Part shown: piece by piece, positions 46,194-56,295 of the stretch | Numbering within the stretch: the first letter of the stretch is position 1 | How the letters are laid out: each line of letters starts with the position of its first letter | Source of the DNA: Candidatus Jorgensenbacteria bacterium GW2011_GWB1_50_10 | GTDB lineage: Bacteria; Patescibacteriota; Minisyncoccia; UBA6257; GWB1-50-10 | DNA length: 64,000 nt | NCBI GenBank assembly: GCA_001004105.1 | Contig: LCQK01000002.1 | Span: 75,419 to 139,418 of the forward strand | Direction of reading: 5' to 3' | The notes under the pieces: model-generated | The model's database searches: none | Seen by the model: only the letters and a program-made list of their open reading frames with translations | What the model was told of the DNA's origin: nothing | Made by a program: the position numbers and the translations under genes

Positions 46194-48866
46194 CTAGGGT
46201 TTCTTGAATACGGTTCTGGCCAAAAGTTTTCTTGCCTCTTCAAGCAAAAGGATTGAGGCTGCTATCGACACCGCGTAGACCCACTCCCAGGCGGTAAGCG
46301 GTACCGTATGCAGAAATCGCTGCATAAAAGGATGGTACACGGCCAACAACTGGAGTCCGATAACTATAATTGTCGCACCGACCAAAAACACGTTCCTGAA
46401 AGGATTGATGGAGAAAACGGATTTGTTTTCACTCTTGCAGTTCCACGCGTTGAACCACTGGAAAACAGCAAGTGTGGTCAGAGTCATGGTAAGCGCCTTT
46501 TCCAGATTGCCGTCGAGGTACTGCATGAACATAAACAGAGCTCCGAGAGCGATGATAATTCCCATAAATATCATTCTCTTCATTGCAAACGAATCAAGAA
46601 TATATCTAGCGGGCTTTGCATAGCGGCTGCCGAGCAAACCATCCTCCCGCGGCTCCATCGCAAGCGAGACGTCGAGGAAACCGTCGGTGACAAAGTTCAG
46701 CCAGATAATCTGAGCCGGCAAGAGGGGCAAGGGAAATCCAAGGAACATCGCGCCGGAAATGGTAAGCACCTCCCCGATACTGGTCGAGAAGAGATAGAGA
46801 ACAACCTTCTTAATGGTCTTGTAGATGCTCCGGCCCTCTTCGACTGCTGAAATGATGCTTCCGAAATTGTCGTCTAAGAGCACAAGGTCGGCCGCTTCCT
46901 TGGCTACCTCGGTGCCGATTTTTCCCATCGCCACGCCGAGATCTGCAGCCGCGAGGGATGGTGCATCGTTTACGCCGTCGCCGGTCATGGCAACCACCTC
47001 GCCTCGTTTTCTGAAGAGCTCGATAATCCGCAGTTTATGTTCGGGGGTCACGCGCGCAAACACGTTGCAGGTTCCAAATTTTTCCGACAATTCTTCGTCC
47101 GACAATTTTTCCAGCTCTTCCCCGGTGATAACGCCGTCTTTCCCGTCCGCAAGCCCCGCTTCTTCCGCAATCGCACGAGCGGTGATCTTATGGTCTCCGG
47201 TGATCATCACAACCCGGATACCTGCTTGTTTGGCTTTCTCGATGGCGGCTTTCACTTCCTCGCGCAACGGATCTTTCATGCCGAAAAAGCCGCCGAAAAT
47301 AAGCGGTGGCAAATTTCCGTTTATCACGGTATTTTCCGCATCCGGATTGACCGCGAACCCAAGCACCCGGAAACCGCGCCGGGACATATTGAAAAATACC
47401 AATTCAAGTTCGTCTTTTTCGGCTTTGGAGAGTTTTTCCGATTTTTTCGCCCGCCAGACACGATCGCAAAGTTCAAGAATTTTTTCCGGAGCACCGATAG
47501 CAGTCAGAAAGTTCTTATTTTCAAATTTGTGAATCGTAAGGTGATACTTCGTAAGGTAATCAAACGGCAGTTCGAATATCTTGGGCGATTCCCACTCGCC
47601 ATCCCTGAAACCGATCTTGTGGCCGAACACTCCGAGAGCCGCCTCGGTCGGATCTCCAGATACCTTCCAGATGTTTTTTTCTTCTACATACATCGCTTGG
47701 GCATTGGAGCAGAACGAAGCGACTCTCCCCGCAAGAACGAGTTCCGGATGATCCAGCGGCTCCACGGACACTCCCTCAAGGAGCGTTCTTCCCTTTGGTT
47801 CATAGCCTTGTCCTTCGATATCGAAAGTTTTTCCATCAATATATACTTTCTCAAGCGCCATTTCGTTTTTTGTGAGTGTCCCGGTCTTATCGACCGCGAT
47901 GATCTTTGCCTGCCCGAGTGCCTCGACTGCCTGCAGCTTTTTGACCAGCACATTGCGTTTAGTCATGCGCCACACCCCCGAAGCCAAAACCAGGGTCATA
48001 ACGATTGGCAGGCCTTCCGGAATAATTGAAACCGCGAGAGACACTACCGTTGCGAACATTTGCCTCAACGATTCTCCTGTGGCAAGCCCGAAGATCATAA
48101 TAACGGTCCCTATTGAAAATACGGTAATAATGATGAGGCGGGAAAGGAAACGAATATTCTTCTTGAGAGGAATTTCCGTGTCAATTGCGGCTATCGCTTT
48201 GGAGATTTTTCCGATTTCCGTCGCGAGACCAGTTGCAATAACAACCGCCTTGCCGTTGCCGCTTACGATATTGGTCCCCTTGAAAACCATGTTTTTTTGG
48301 TCGGCCGCAGGGATCTGGATATGACCCAACGTATCGATGGTTTTTACAGCCGGAACGGATTCTCCGGTAAGACTTGCCTCGTTGGCTCTGAGAGAGTTTA
48401 CGGAGATAAGTCGTGCATCGGCAGGAATTTTATCGCCCTCCTGGAGAATAATGACATCGCCGGGAACGATCTCCTTATCGGGCACAATCATAATTTTGCC
48501 ATCCCGCAGCACCGAAGCGGGGGTCTCCACGAATTTCCTGAGCGCAAGAAGCGTATGTTGGGCTTTTCCTTCCTGGATTGTTCCCACGATCGCGTTGAAT
48601 ACGAGAATGAGGAAAATAATGACTGCATCGGCGGTCTCCCCCATAAAGAGCACGACTGCCGTGGCAGCTATTAGGATATAGATGAGTGGGCTTAAAAACT
48701 GCGAAAAGAATATGGAAAACGTACCGGCTACTTTTAGTTCCGGGAGAGAGTTGAGGCCGTGCTCGATAAGACGCTTGTGGGCTTCTTCCGAACTTAACCC
48801 AGATTCGTCAGAACTGAACTCTTCAAATATCTCGGAGGGTTGTTTTGCGTACCATCGAATATTCAC
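46194..48866 (-). CDS. P-type cation-transporting ATPase (type II, Ca2+/Mg2+-type)
   Basis: DKTGTLT phosphorylation site, TGES, TGDGVNDAPSL hinge motif. 10 TM. 890 aa. Confidence 0.9.
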   Translation of the reverse strand: MNIRWYAKQPSEIFEEFSSDESGLSSEEAHKRLIEHGLNSLPELKVAGTFSIFFSQFLSPLIYILIAATAVVLFMGETADAVIIFLILVFNAIVGTIQEGKAQHTLLALRKFVETPASVLRDGKIMIVPDKEIVPGDVIILQEGDKIPADARLISVNSLRANEASLTGESVPAVKTIDTLGHIQIPAADQKNMVFKGTNIVSGNGKAVVIATGLATEIGKISKAIAAIDTEIPLKKNIRFLSRLIIITVFSIGTVIMIFGLATGESLRQMFATVVSLAVSIIPEGLPIVMTLVLASGVWRMTKRNVLVKKLQAVEALGQAKIIAVDKTGTLTKNEMALEKVYIDGKTFDIEGQGYEPKGRTLLEGVSVEPLDHPELVLAGRVASFCSNAQAMYVEEKNIWKVSGDPTEAALGVFGHKIGFRDGEWESPKIFELPFDYLTKYHLTIHKFENKNFLTAIGAPEKILELCDRVWRAKKSEKLSKAEKDELELVFFNMSRRGFRVLGFAVNPDAENTVINGNLPPLIFGGFFGMKDPLREEVKAAIEKAKQAGIRVVMITGDHKITARAIAEEAGLADGKDGVITGEELEKLSDEELSEKFGTCNVFARVTPEHKLRIIELFRKRGEVVAMTGDGVNDAPSLAAADLGVAMGKIGTEVAKEAADLVLLDDNFGSIISAVEEGRSIYKTIKKVVLYLFSTSIGEVLTISGAMFLGFPLPLLPAQIIWLNFVTDGFLDVSLAMEPREDGLLGSRYAKPARYILDSFAMKRMIFMGIIIALGALFMFMQYLDGNLEKALTMTLTTLAVFQWFNAWNCKSENKSVFSINPFRNVFLVGATIIVIGLQLLAVYHPFMQRFLHTVPLTAWEWVYAVSIAASILLLEEARKLLARTVFKKP

Positions 48867-49018
48867 TCTTCAATTTTATCAGAAAATCTAATAAATTATG
48901 CGTCTGCGGGTATTTTCTACAGACCCGTCCGGGATTCGAACCGAGGTGGTAAAATAAAAAGCGAGGATTTATCGATTCTAATCCGGGACGGTTCGAATCG
49001 CGTCTCGGCAGTAAGTAT

Positions 49019-49570
49019 ATGCGTGAAATCGAAGTGAAAATAAGGGCGGAGAACTTGAAAGAAGTTGAAAAAAAACTGCTGGATTTGGGTTGTAAGCTTT
49101 CTGAGCCTATCCGTCAGGAAGATGTCATTTATTCCTACGGCAATAGCACCTCCGAGTGGGAAGAATCAAAGGAGGGCCACATTGTTTTGCGACTGCGCCG
49201 CGAGAAAGGAAAAGCAATGTTCAACATGAAACAGCAGCGCTCGAACGAACTGGATAACATTGAGTATGAAACAGAAGTGAAAGACCCCGAAGCAATTCAT
49301 CAGATACTTTTAATCCTGGGCTATACGCCCAAAGTGGAAGTGAAGAAAAACCGCCGGAAAGGGAAATTCCATGGGTACGAAATTTGCCTGGATGAAGTTG
49401 AAAAACTAGGTTCATTCGTGGAGTTGGAAAAACTCACGGAAGACAGCGCTGACCCGGCCGAGGTACAGGAAGAACTTTTCCAAACGCTTGAATCACTTGG
49501 TCTTTCACGAAAAAACCAGGAAACGAGAGGATATGATACGCAGATGTATCAGCTCGAGCATAAGAAATAG
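49019..49570 (+). CDS. CYTH-domain protein (CyaB/triphosphatase-like), second copy in window
   Basis: MREIEVKIRA..., ...YETEV..., GSFVELE. Confidence 0.55.
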   Translation: MREIEVKIRAENLKEVEKKLLDLGCKLSEPIRQEDVIYSYGNSTSEWEESKEGHIVLRLRREKGKAMFNMKQQRSNELDNIEYETEVKDPEAIHQILLILGYTPKVEVKKNRRKGKFHGYEICLDEVEKLGSFVELEKLTEDSADPAEVQEELFQTLESLGLSRKNQETRGYDTQMYQLEHKK

Positions 49571-49626
49571 AACCGAATTGAAAGTAGTAGAATGTAGATA
49601 AGGAAGATCGGAAAATAACTAACAAT

Positions 49627-50394
49627 ATGTTTAACTTAAAAAATAAAGTGGCACTGGTCACGGGTGCGCGGCGCGGTATGGGCCGGGCGCACGCACTAGC
49701 ACTGGCCAAACAAGGTGCGAAAGTAGCGGTGACGGACGTTGATTTAAACGAATGTGCGGCCGCGGCGGAAGAAATCAAAAAAGCCGGCGGTGAAGCGCTG
49801 TGCTTCAAAATGGACGTGACAAATGCGGCGGAAGTGGACCAGGTTTTCAGCGAAGTTGTGAAGCAATTCGGCCGACTGGACATCTTAGTGAATAACGCCG
49901 GCATCTTCATTCCAAAACCAGCGCTGGAAATGACGGAAACTGAATGGGACAAGATGATTGATATCAACCTGAAAGGAGAGTTTTTGTGCGCCGTGAGGGC
50001 GGCCAAGGAAATGATGAAAAATAAATGGGGGCGGATTATTAATATCGCTTCCATTGCTTCGGGCGGGGTGGGTATCGGTTTTGCGGGAGCGGCTCATTAC
50101 GCCGCTTCCAAAGGCGGGATAATCGGGATGTCGGAGACACTCGCGGCCGAGTGGGCGCCGCACGGCATCACCGTAAACGTCATCGGGCCGGGGGCGATAG
50201 ACACGCCAATGGTCCGCGAACCGGGAAAAGAAATCTCCAAGGAGTTAATGGAAGAAATAATGGCGCGAGTGCCCTTGAAGAGAGTAGGCCGGCCGGAAGA
50301 GATTTCGGCGATGGTCGTATTCCTCGCCTCCGAAGAATCCAGTTACGTGACCGGCGCCACTTTCTACGTGGACGGCGGGTGGCTCGCGGCGTGA
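49627..50394 (+). CDS. SDR-family oxidoreductase (FabG-like 3-oxoacyl-ACP reductase family)
   Basis: TGARRGMGRA (TGxxxGxG), NNAG, YAASK catalytic triad context. Confidence 0.85.
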   Translation: MFNLKNKVALVTGARRGMGRAHALALAKQGAKVAVTDVDLNECAAAAEEIKKAGGEALCFKMDVTNAAEVDQVFSEVVKQFGRLDILVNNAGIFIPKPALEMTETEWDKMIDINLKGEFLCAVRAAKEMMKNKWGRIINIASIASGGVGIGFAGAAHYAASKGGIIGMSETLAAEWAPHGITVNVIGPGAIDTPMVREPGKEISKELMEEIMARVPLKRVGRPEEISAMVVFLASEESSYVTGATFYVDGGWLAA

Positions 50395-50396
50395 AA

Positions 50397-50819
50397 TTAC
50401 GATTTCGCTTGATGAATGACCCGCTGAGGGAAGGGAATCTCAATACCTTCCTTGTCAAAGGCGGTTTTTATCCTCTTGCGCAGTTCTCCGGTTACATCCC
50501 ATTGCTTGAGCGGCTTGGTTTCGCCGTGCGGAACGTGGTGCACGACCCCGTCCAAATCCCTCAATGTGGTCATGCGCAAGCTGATGTCTTCAATCAGGCC
50601 GCAAGTGCCGTCAAAACAGACGACATCGCCGACTCGATATTGATTTTCCATTACGATGAAAAGTCCGCTGATGATGTCGCGGATAAGGTATTGTCCGCCA
50701 AAACCAAATGCCAGCCCCGCGATGCCGGCCGCGGCAAGGAGAATAACAAGAATTTTTATGCCGTGGCTCGCAAGCCAAGGAACGGTGTTTTGAGAAATTT
50801 TTTCTATAAAGGCGACCAT
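50397..50819 (-). CDS. Small mechanosensitive-channel (MscS) family protein, short form
   Basis: TM helix followed by YRVGDVVCFDGTCGLIEDISLRMTTLRDLDG beta-domain signature. Confidence 0.55.
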   Translation of the reverse strand: MVAFIEKISQNTVPWLASHGIKILVILLAAAGIAGLAFGFGGQYLIRDIISGLFIVMENQYRVGDVVCFDGTCGLIEDISLRMTTLRDLDGVVHHVPHGETKPLKQWDVTGELRKRIKTAFDKEGIEIPFPQRVIHQAKS

Positions 50820-50834
50820 AATGGTATTTTAATC

Positions 50835-52079
50835 TTAAACCAGTTCTTTGAAAAGCCGAAGATAATCCCGCAGCAATCTCGGTATGAGGAATTTTTCCCG
50901 GACGGTGGTTTTCGCCGCCTCGCCGATTTTTTTGGCGAGGTCGGGATTTTCAATCAATTCCACGATACGCGAGGCCGCTTCTTTGGAATTGGAGGCGAAG
51001 AAACCGTTTTTTCCGTCCTCAATTTGAAGTTTGATGCCGCCGACCTCCCCGGCCACGACCGGTTTTTCTTTCCACATTGCTTCGGCCACCGTCATTCCGA
51101 ACCCCTCCCGGACCGATTTCTGCAGAATCACGTCGGCGGCGGTCTGGACGGTGCCGACGAAAACGTCTATCGCCAAACTGCCGAGTTTGGTGATGTCGGC
51201 AAAAAGAAAAATATCAGGGTCTTTTTCCGCTTTTTTTCTGACTCGCCGGTAAATTCTCTCGGCTTCAGGGTCGTCCTGGGCCACGATGAACCCGACGAGC
51301 GCCAATTGCAGGTCGGGAATTTTCTTCTTTGCCAATTGGTAGGCCTCTATCACTCCCAGCGGGTTTTTCCAGGGGTCAAACCTCGAAATCTGGGCGATGA
51401 GAGGTTTGTCGGGGTTGATGCCGAAACTCCGGAGCGTTTCATTGGCGCTCTCCAGAGGCAATAGCTGATTTTTGGCGCTCAAGGGGTCGATTGCCGGCTG
51501 GAAAACGACCGCGCTGTCTTTTATCTCCTTTTTGACGAATTCGGGGGAACTTACGATGACTTTGTCGTAACTTGCAAGGAATGAGGACACGAATTCCCAA
51601 ACCTCGTGGTTCGGTGAAGTGAGATCGATGTGGATGCGGGAAATCGACGGATAAAACTGGGGGAGGAACATGGCGACGCCAGCCGGCTGGGGGTCGTGAA
51701 TCACCCAAACGTCCGGTTTCATCTCCCTCATCAACTCGGCGGTACGGGCCACGTGGAGCATATATTTCTTTCTGGCCGCAAAGGGAAATTCGTATTCCTT
51801 TCCCTGCAGGGCGTTGTGCATTTTCTTGGTGATTTCGAAAAAACCGTTGTGAGGCGGGATGGTGTACCATTCGGCTTCCAATCCCAGTCCTTTCATGAGC
51901 GGCACCAGACTTTTCAATATTTCGGCCACTCCTCCTCCCCGGGGCGCGGAATTGACGTGAAAAACCCGTCTGCCGCGGCACCCCTCCGCCAGATTTTTAA
52001 TTTCTTCAAAAAGTTCGCCGGAGATGAAACTTCTGTATTGTTCCAGTTCTTGGGGGCGAGTTTCAACGATGGGGAGCAT
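50835..52079 (-). CDS. Glycosyltransferase family 4 (trehalose-synthase/TreT-like architecture)
   Basis: C-terminal EGFGMTVAEAMWKEKPVVAGEVGGI (E-x7-E GT4 motif). Confidence 0.7.
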   Translation of the reverse strand: MLPIVETRPQELEQYRSFISGELFEEIKNLAEGCRGRRVFHVNSAPRGGGVAEILKSLVPLMKGLGLEAEWYTIPPHNGFFEITKKMHNALQGKEYEFPFAARKKYMLHVARTAELMREMKPDVWVIHDPQPAGVAMFLPQFYPSISRIHIDLTSPNHEVWEFVSSFLASYDKVIVSSPEFVKKEIKDSAVVFQPAIDPLSAKNQLLPLESANETLRSFGINPDKPLIAQISRFDPWKNPLGVIEAYQLAKKKIPDLQLALVGFIVAQDDPEAERIYRRVRKKAEKDPDIFLFADITKLGSLAIDVFVGTVQTAADVILQKSVREGFGMTVAEAMWKEKPVVAGEVGGIKLQIEDGKNGFFASNSKEAASRIVELIENPDLAKKIGEAAKTTVREKFLIPRLLRDYLRLFKELV

Positions 52080-52107
52080 ATTTGTATTTTAACATCTGTA
52101 AAAATCA

Positions 52108-52135
52108 AAAACCCGGCTGTTAGGCCGGGTTTTTG
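52108..52135. terminator. Bidirectional terminator hairpin
   Basis: AAAAACCCGGC-tgtta-GGCCGGGTTTTT. Confidence 0.65.
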
Positions 52136-52400
52136 ACATAAATTTATTACTGCGACGATTGAGGCGCCTGGGGCTCCGTTGGCTGCTGGGGCTCCGAAGG
52201 CTGTTCTGGCTGCGGTTGCTGAGGTTCAGCAGTACCACCATCCGTCATCTCTACCATCGGGACTTTGGATTCCATCATAATAGTATGGGTGTTGGTTTTT
52301 CGAACGGCTTGCGACTATTACCGCATTTTTAACGTCCCTGAAGTCAATAAAGACCAGGGTTTTTTAATTTATCACATTACTGATATAATGTCCATAATTC

Positions 52401-53342
52401 ATGCGTTTCCTTTTAATCTCCCTGGTATTTGCTATCGGCGCTCTTTTTATTTTCTTTGCGTTTTCAACGGAAACCGAATCGCCGGCGGTTTCTCCCTCGG
52501 AGACGGCTTCGCTCTCGATGCCCGCGCCGGGCGCGCCGCCGGAACCCGAAATGGAAAAACCGGAAACGCCGGCGGCCGAAATGAACGTTATAAATCCGGC
52601 GGTCCAGACCGGCGAAACCTTGATAGTCCAGTTCAACAAAGAACCGAGAAGCGCAATTCTTAACGGCAAAACAATCGCCGTCTTTCCTTATCAGAATGAT
52701 TTCCGCGCGATTGTTCCGATACCGCTCGGCACGAAAACCGGCACATCGAGTATAGCGGCTGAGTTCGCAAATGGCGGTCATTTTGAAAAAACAATTGCCG
52801 TGAAAAGCGGCAAAGCAAAAACAATCGTTCTGCCCCCGCCGCCGAAACTGGGCATGACCGACAAGCAAATCGTCCAGAATCTCGCCACCGTGAACCAAGT
52901 GGTGCGAAAAACGGTTGAGGAAGCGGCGGACATCACCCGTTTCAACGAGCCGTTCGGCCTGCCTCTCTACGACAACCGGAAGATTTCCTCCGCCTTCGGC
53001 GAAGTGCGGCAAACCGGCAGCGAACGGATCACCCATCTGGGCGTGGATTTCGACAATCCCAAAGGGAGGATGGTCGCGGCCATCAACGCCGGCCTGGTGA
53101 AAAGCGCTTACCTGGATCCGATTTACGGCAACACCGTCATTGTTGACCACGGTCGCGGCGTTTATTCACTCTACATGCATATGAACACAATGAAAGTGAA
53201 GGACGGCGATATCGTGAAAAAAGGAACGATTTTGGGCACCGTGGGCGACACCGGCCTCGCGAGCGCCCCGCATCTCCACTTATCAATCAAAATAAACGGC
53301 GTTTCGGTGGACCCGATTCAGTTCGTCTCGGCGTTTAGATAG
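52401..53342 (+). CDS. M23-family metallopeptidase (LytM domain) with signal/TM anchor
   Basis: ITHLGVDFD, SLYMHMN, APHLHLSI. Confidence 0.8.
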   Translation: MRFLLISLVFAIGALFIFFAFSTETESPAVSPSETASLSMPAPGAPPEPEMEKPETPAAEMNVINPAVQTGETLIVQFNKEPRSAILNGKTIAVFPYQNDFRAIVPIPLGTKTGTSSIAAEFANGGHFEKTIAVKSGKAKTIVLPPPPKLGMTDKQIVQNLATVNQVVRKTVEEAADITRFNEPFGLPLYDNRKISSAFGEVRQTGSERITHLGVDFDNPKGRMVAAINAGLVKSAYLDPIYGNTVIVDHGRGVYSLYMHMNTMKVKDGDIVKKGTILGTVGDTGLASAPHLHLSIKINGVSVDPIQFVSAFR

Positions 53343-53381
53343 GAGCGCCATATCAAACAAACAAAACTTCAATATATTTCA

Positions 53382-53405
53382 GGTGGTATACATATGTATA
53401 CCACC
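53382..53405. repeat. Perfect 24-nt palindrome GGTGGTATACATATGTATACCACC (variant with CATATG centre)
   Basis: Differs from the 4955/37019/63714 copies only in the central 4 nt. Confidence 0.8.
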
Positions 53406-53459
53406 AGGGATAAAATAACTTCCTTATGCTGCGGTAAAGAATTTCTTATTTACACTTGT

Positions 53460-53891
53460 TTATACTTGCGGGTTCGTTTCGCTGCTTCTCCGCCATTTTT
53501 CGTCCAGGGACCAAGGACCGGGGCCGGCGGCCGAAAGATAAAGCCATACAAAAGCGAAAAATACCGCAGGCATTCCGCCGTTCAAGACCGTCCAGAAACC
53601 CTGCGGATAGTGGCCGATAAAGTAGGCAACCGCCATCTCGCCCGCGAGGATGAAAGCCACCGGTCTCGTGAAAAGCCCGAGGAGCATTAAGGCGCCGCCC
53701 ACGACTTCTAAAAATCCGGCGAGGCCAAACAGCGAAAAGAGTTCCACCGTGCCGCCTGATGGGGGTAAGCCGGCCGGGAAAGCGAAGAGCTTCATTGCGC
53801 CCGGCTGGATGAACATGAATGCGGCGACGATGCGGAGTATACTCCGCAGATAAGGCGACCAAGATTTCCACCGAAAGATTAAATTTTTCAT
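53460..53891 (-). CDS. DoxX-family membrane protein
   Basis: Four TM segments. ILRIVAAFMFIQPGAMKLF pattern. Start set to the internal Met. Confidence 0.55.
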   Translation of the reverse strand: MKNLIFRWKSWSPYLRSILRIVAAFMFIQPGAMKLFAFPAGLPPSGGTVELFSLFGLAGFLEVVGGALMLLGLFTRPVAFILAGEMAVAYFIGHYPQGFWTVLNGGMPAVFFAFVWLYLSAAGPGPWSLDEKWRRSSETNPQV

Positions 53892-53959
53892 AAGGGTTAT
53901 TATAACAAATTTATCTTTACACTCCCCCAAGCGGGTGGTAGTGTGAGAGGTATAAAAAT

Positions 53960-54328
53960 ATGCTCAAAGGAGTCAATTCTGTTCTCTACTACGCAAGTGA
54001 TTTAGGAAAAACCGCTCAATTCTACGAAGAACTCGGCTTTGAGGTGGAAAAATCCGGCGATACGGTGAAGGCGAGGTTGGGCGACTTTGCTCTCGCGTTT
54101 GTAGACAAAAACAAATCGGTAATTCAAAAAGAAGCTCAATTTGAACCCAAAGGAATGGGCGTCTTTGTTTACGTTGAGGTAGATGATGTAGACGATTATT
54201 TCAAATCACTAAAAGAAAATGGTATCAAAACCTCCAGCGAGCCGCGCGACTGGCCGTGGGGCAAAAGAGAATTTGCAGTGAAGGACCCGGACGGTTATAA
54301 GCTGATATTTTATCAACCGATAAAATAA
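53960..54328 (+). CDS. VOC-family (glyoxalase/bleomycin-resistance) protein
   Basis: 122 aa. VLYYASDLGKTAQFYEELGF ... DPDGYKLIFY. Confidence 0.7.
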   Translation: MLKGVNSVLYYASDLGKTAQFYEELGFEVEKSGDTVKARLGDFALAFVDKNKSVIQKEAQFEPKGMGVFVYVEVDDVDDYFKSLKENGIKTSSEPRDWPWGKREFAVKDPDGYKLIFYQPIK

Positions 54329-54332
54329 TCCC

Positions 54333-54917
54333 ATGCCCCGCGTAATCATAGTTCACGGTTGGGATGGGTATCCGGAAGAAGGGTGGTTTCCGTGGCTCAA
54401 GCGAGAACTAGAGAAAAAAGGATTTGAGGTGCAGGTGCCGGCGATGCCGAATCCGGCCGAGCCAAAAATTGAGACGTGGGTCCCTCACCTCGCTAAAATC
54501 GTCGGCGAACCGGACGAAGACCTATTTCTAGTCGGCCACAGTATCGGTTGCCAAACAATTTTGAGGTATTTGGAGAGTTTGCACGCTGATAAGAAAATCG
54601 GCGGAGCAGTTCTTGTGGCGGGTTTTTTCAAACTCATCTTAGGTACCAATGAAGAGGAAGAAACCGCAAAACCTTGGCTTGAAACTCCGATAGATTTCGG
54701 AAAAGTAAAAAGCCATTCAAATAATTTTACGGCCGTGTTCTCCGACAACGACCCGTTCGTATCATTGGAAAACAAGAAATTATTTGAGGAGAATCTCGGC
54801 GCTAAAACAATCGTTCTGAGCAACAAGGGCCATTTCAGTGGCGGAATGGATAAGTGTTTTGAACTGCCGATAGCGCTGGAAAGTGTCTTGGAACTGACTC
54901 AATATGGAAAACAATGA
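54333..54917 (+). CDS. Alpha/beta hydrolase (YdeN/RBBP9-like serine hydrolase)
   Basis: VIIVHGWDG, GHSIG nucleophile elbow, C-terminal D/H. Confidence 0.7.
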   Translation: MPRVIIVHGWDGYPEEGWFPWLKRELEKKGFEVQVPAMPNPAEPKIETWVPHLAKIVGEPDEDLFLVGHSIGCQTILRYLESLHADKKIGGAVLVAGFFKLILGTNEEEETAKPWLETPIDFGKVKSHSNNFTAVFSDNDPFVSLENKKLFEENLGAKTIVLSNKGHFSGGMDKCFELPIALESVLELTQYGKQ

Positions 54918-55338
54918 GATAAAACTTCAGGTGGGAGTAAAAATACTGCTCAAAAATAAGGACGGCAGATATTTGCTATTGCGCCGTTCGCTCACAAAAT
55001 ATCCCGAAATTGTTGGAAGATGGGACATTGTCGGCGGAAGAATTGAGCCCGGTAAGAATCTTATTGAAAATTTGAAGCGCGAGATGAAAGAAGAAACCGG
55101 CCTTGAACTTACAGGTGAACCGAAGCTTATTGCGGCGCAGGACATTATGCGGGATAACAATCATCACGTTGTCCGTTTGACCTACCTCGGCGAAACGGAT
55201 GGCGAAGTGGTTTTGGATACAAGCGAAAATGATGCCTATAAGTGGTATAGCTGGGAAGAACTAGTGAGATTGGAAAATGTAGATATGTATTTTAGAGAGG
55301 TGTTAGAAGACAAAAATCAATTTCTATCTTATAATTGA
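54904..55338 (+). CDS. Nudix hydrolase
   Basis: GGRIEPGKNLIENLKREMKEETGLEL Nudix box. Confidence 0.75.
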   Translation: MENNEIKLQVGVKILLKNKDGRYLLLRRSLTKYPEIVGRWDIVGGRIEPGKNLIENLKREMKEETGLELTGEPKLIAAQDIMRDNNHHVVRLTYLGETDGEVVLDTSENDAYKWYSWEELVRLENVDMYFREVLEDKNQFLSYN

Positions 55339-55341
55339 TTT

Positions 55342-55722
55342 ATGAAAATCATCAGATTTTTCGACAAACTGGAGGACAAAATCCGGCAGGCATTAAGCAA
55401 GCACCCGCTGGTTTATGCGCTTATTGGTGGAACGGCGATTGTGCTTTTTTGGCGCGGCGTCTGGCACTTGGCCGACGACATGGGTCTTTCAACCGAGGCG
55501 TCGCTCATAATCAGTATTCTCATAATGCTTTTGACGGGTACTTTTGTTTCCTTCTTCATCGGTGAACGCTTGCTCCTCTCCGGCCTCAAAAAAGAGAAAC
55601 GGCTTGATGAGCAAACCTTGGAGGAAGTGGAAAAAGAGGAAAGCCAAGTTAAAGAAATGCATCGGCACCTCATCGAAATCAGGAAGGAACTGGCCGAGAT
55701 AAAGAAAAAACTAGGGCATTAA
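55342..55722 (+). CDS. Hypothetical membrane protein with C-terminal coiled coil
   Basis: ORF with two TM segments and an E/K-rich tail. Confidence 0.4.
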   Translation: MKIIRFFDKLEDKIRQALSKHPLVYALIGGTAIVLFWRGVWHLADDMGLSTEASLIISILIMLLTGTFVSFFIGERLLLSGLKKEKRLDEQTLEEVEKEESQVKEMHRHLIEIRKELAEIKKKLGH

Positions 55723-55723
55723 A

Positions 55724-56230
55724 ATGTTCTTAATCCCCCACTCCAAGAAATTCTTTGAAATTCTTGTAAGAAACCTGATTTTCGGCGCCGAGGATAGTTT
55801 GGTTTCCACGGTCGGGATGCTCTCCGGCATCGCTTTGGCCGGCGTCGGGCGCGCCGACCTAATTCTTGCCGGCGTCGTTCTTATCTTCGTTGAGGCCTTC
55901 TCCATGGCCGCCGGAAGTTTCCTTTCCGAACGCTCCACTGAAGAATACGTGGACGGCCGGGACCTGCCTCTGCGTTATCCCCTTTTAGGAGGACTCATTA
56001 TGTTCGTTTCTTACTTTATTTCCGGTTTTATACCGCTTTTCCCTTATTTTATCGTTGAAATCTCTTCCGCTTTCCAGACCTCCGTCGTTTTGTCCTTGAT
56101 TGCTCTTTTCCTCCTTGGTGCCATAAGCGCCAAGCGCTTCAACGCCAAACCCGTCCGGAGTGGGATGCGGATGCTCATTATCGGCGGTCTGGCCGTCGCT
56201 TTGGGAATTTTAGTCGGCAATATCTTTTAA
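55724..56230 (+). CDS. VIT1/CCC1-family protein (putative iron/manganese transporter)
   Basis: FGAEDSLVSTVGMLSGIALAG matches the VIT-family G-x-x-D-G-L-V-S signature. Confidence 0.65.
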   Translation: MFLIPHSKKFFEILVRNLIFGAEDSLVSTVGMLSGIALAGVGRADLILAGVVLIFVEAFSMAAGSFLSERSTEEYVDGRDLPLRYPLLGGLIMFVSYFISGFIPLFPYFIVEISSAFQTSVVLSLIALFLLGAISAKRFNAKPVRSGMRMLIIGGLAVALGILVGNIF

Positions 56231-56295
56231 AAACAAAAAGAAGAAGCCCCGCGGTGTTAGCCGCAGGGCTTGTTTGGTACGTTTGGGTGTTGACT

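Noticed and set aside
46308-48324. Several 150-330-aa plus-strand ORFs (46308-46850, 46825-47532, 47037-48029, 47872-48324)
   Set aside because: All are antisense to the 890-aa P-type ATPase gene, whose motifs (DKTGTLT, TGDGVNDAPSL) are unambiguous.
50151-51464. 437-aa plus-strand ORF
   Set aside because: It is antisense to the well-supported MscS-like and GT4 genes. It has an Arg/Gly-rich low-complexity translation typical of a high-GC antisense frame and no motifs.
52147-52275. 42-aa Pro/Gln-rich minus-strand ORF (MESKVPMVEMTDGGTAEPQQPQPEQ...)
   Set aside because: No convincing RBS, purely low-complexity, and lies between a terminator and a gene start. Possibly real but unsupported.
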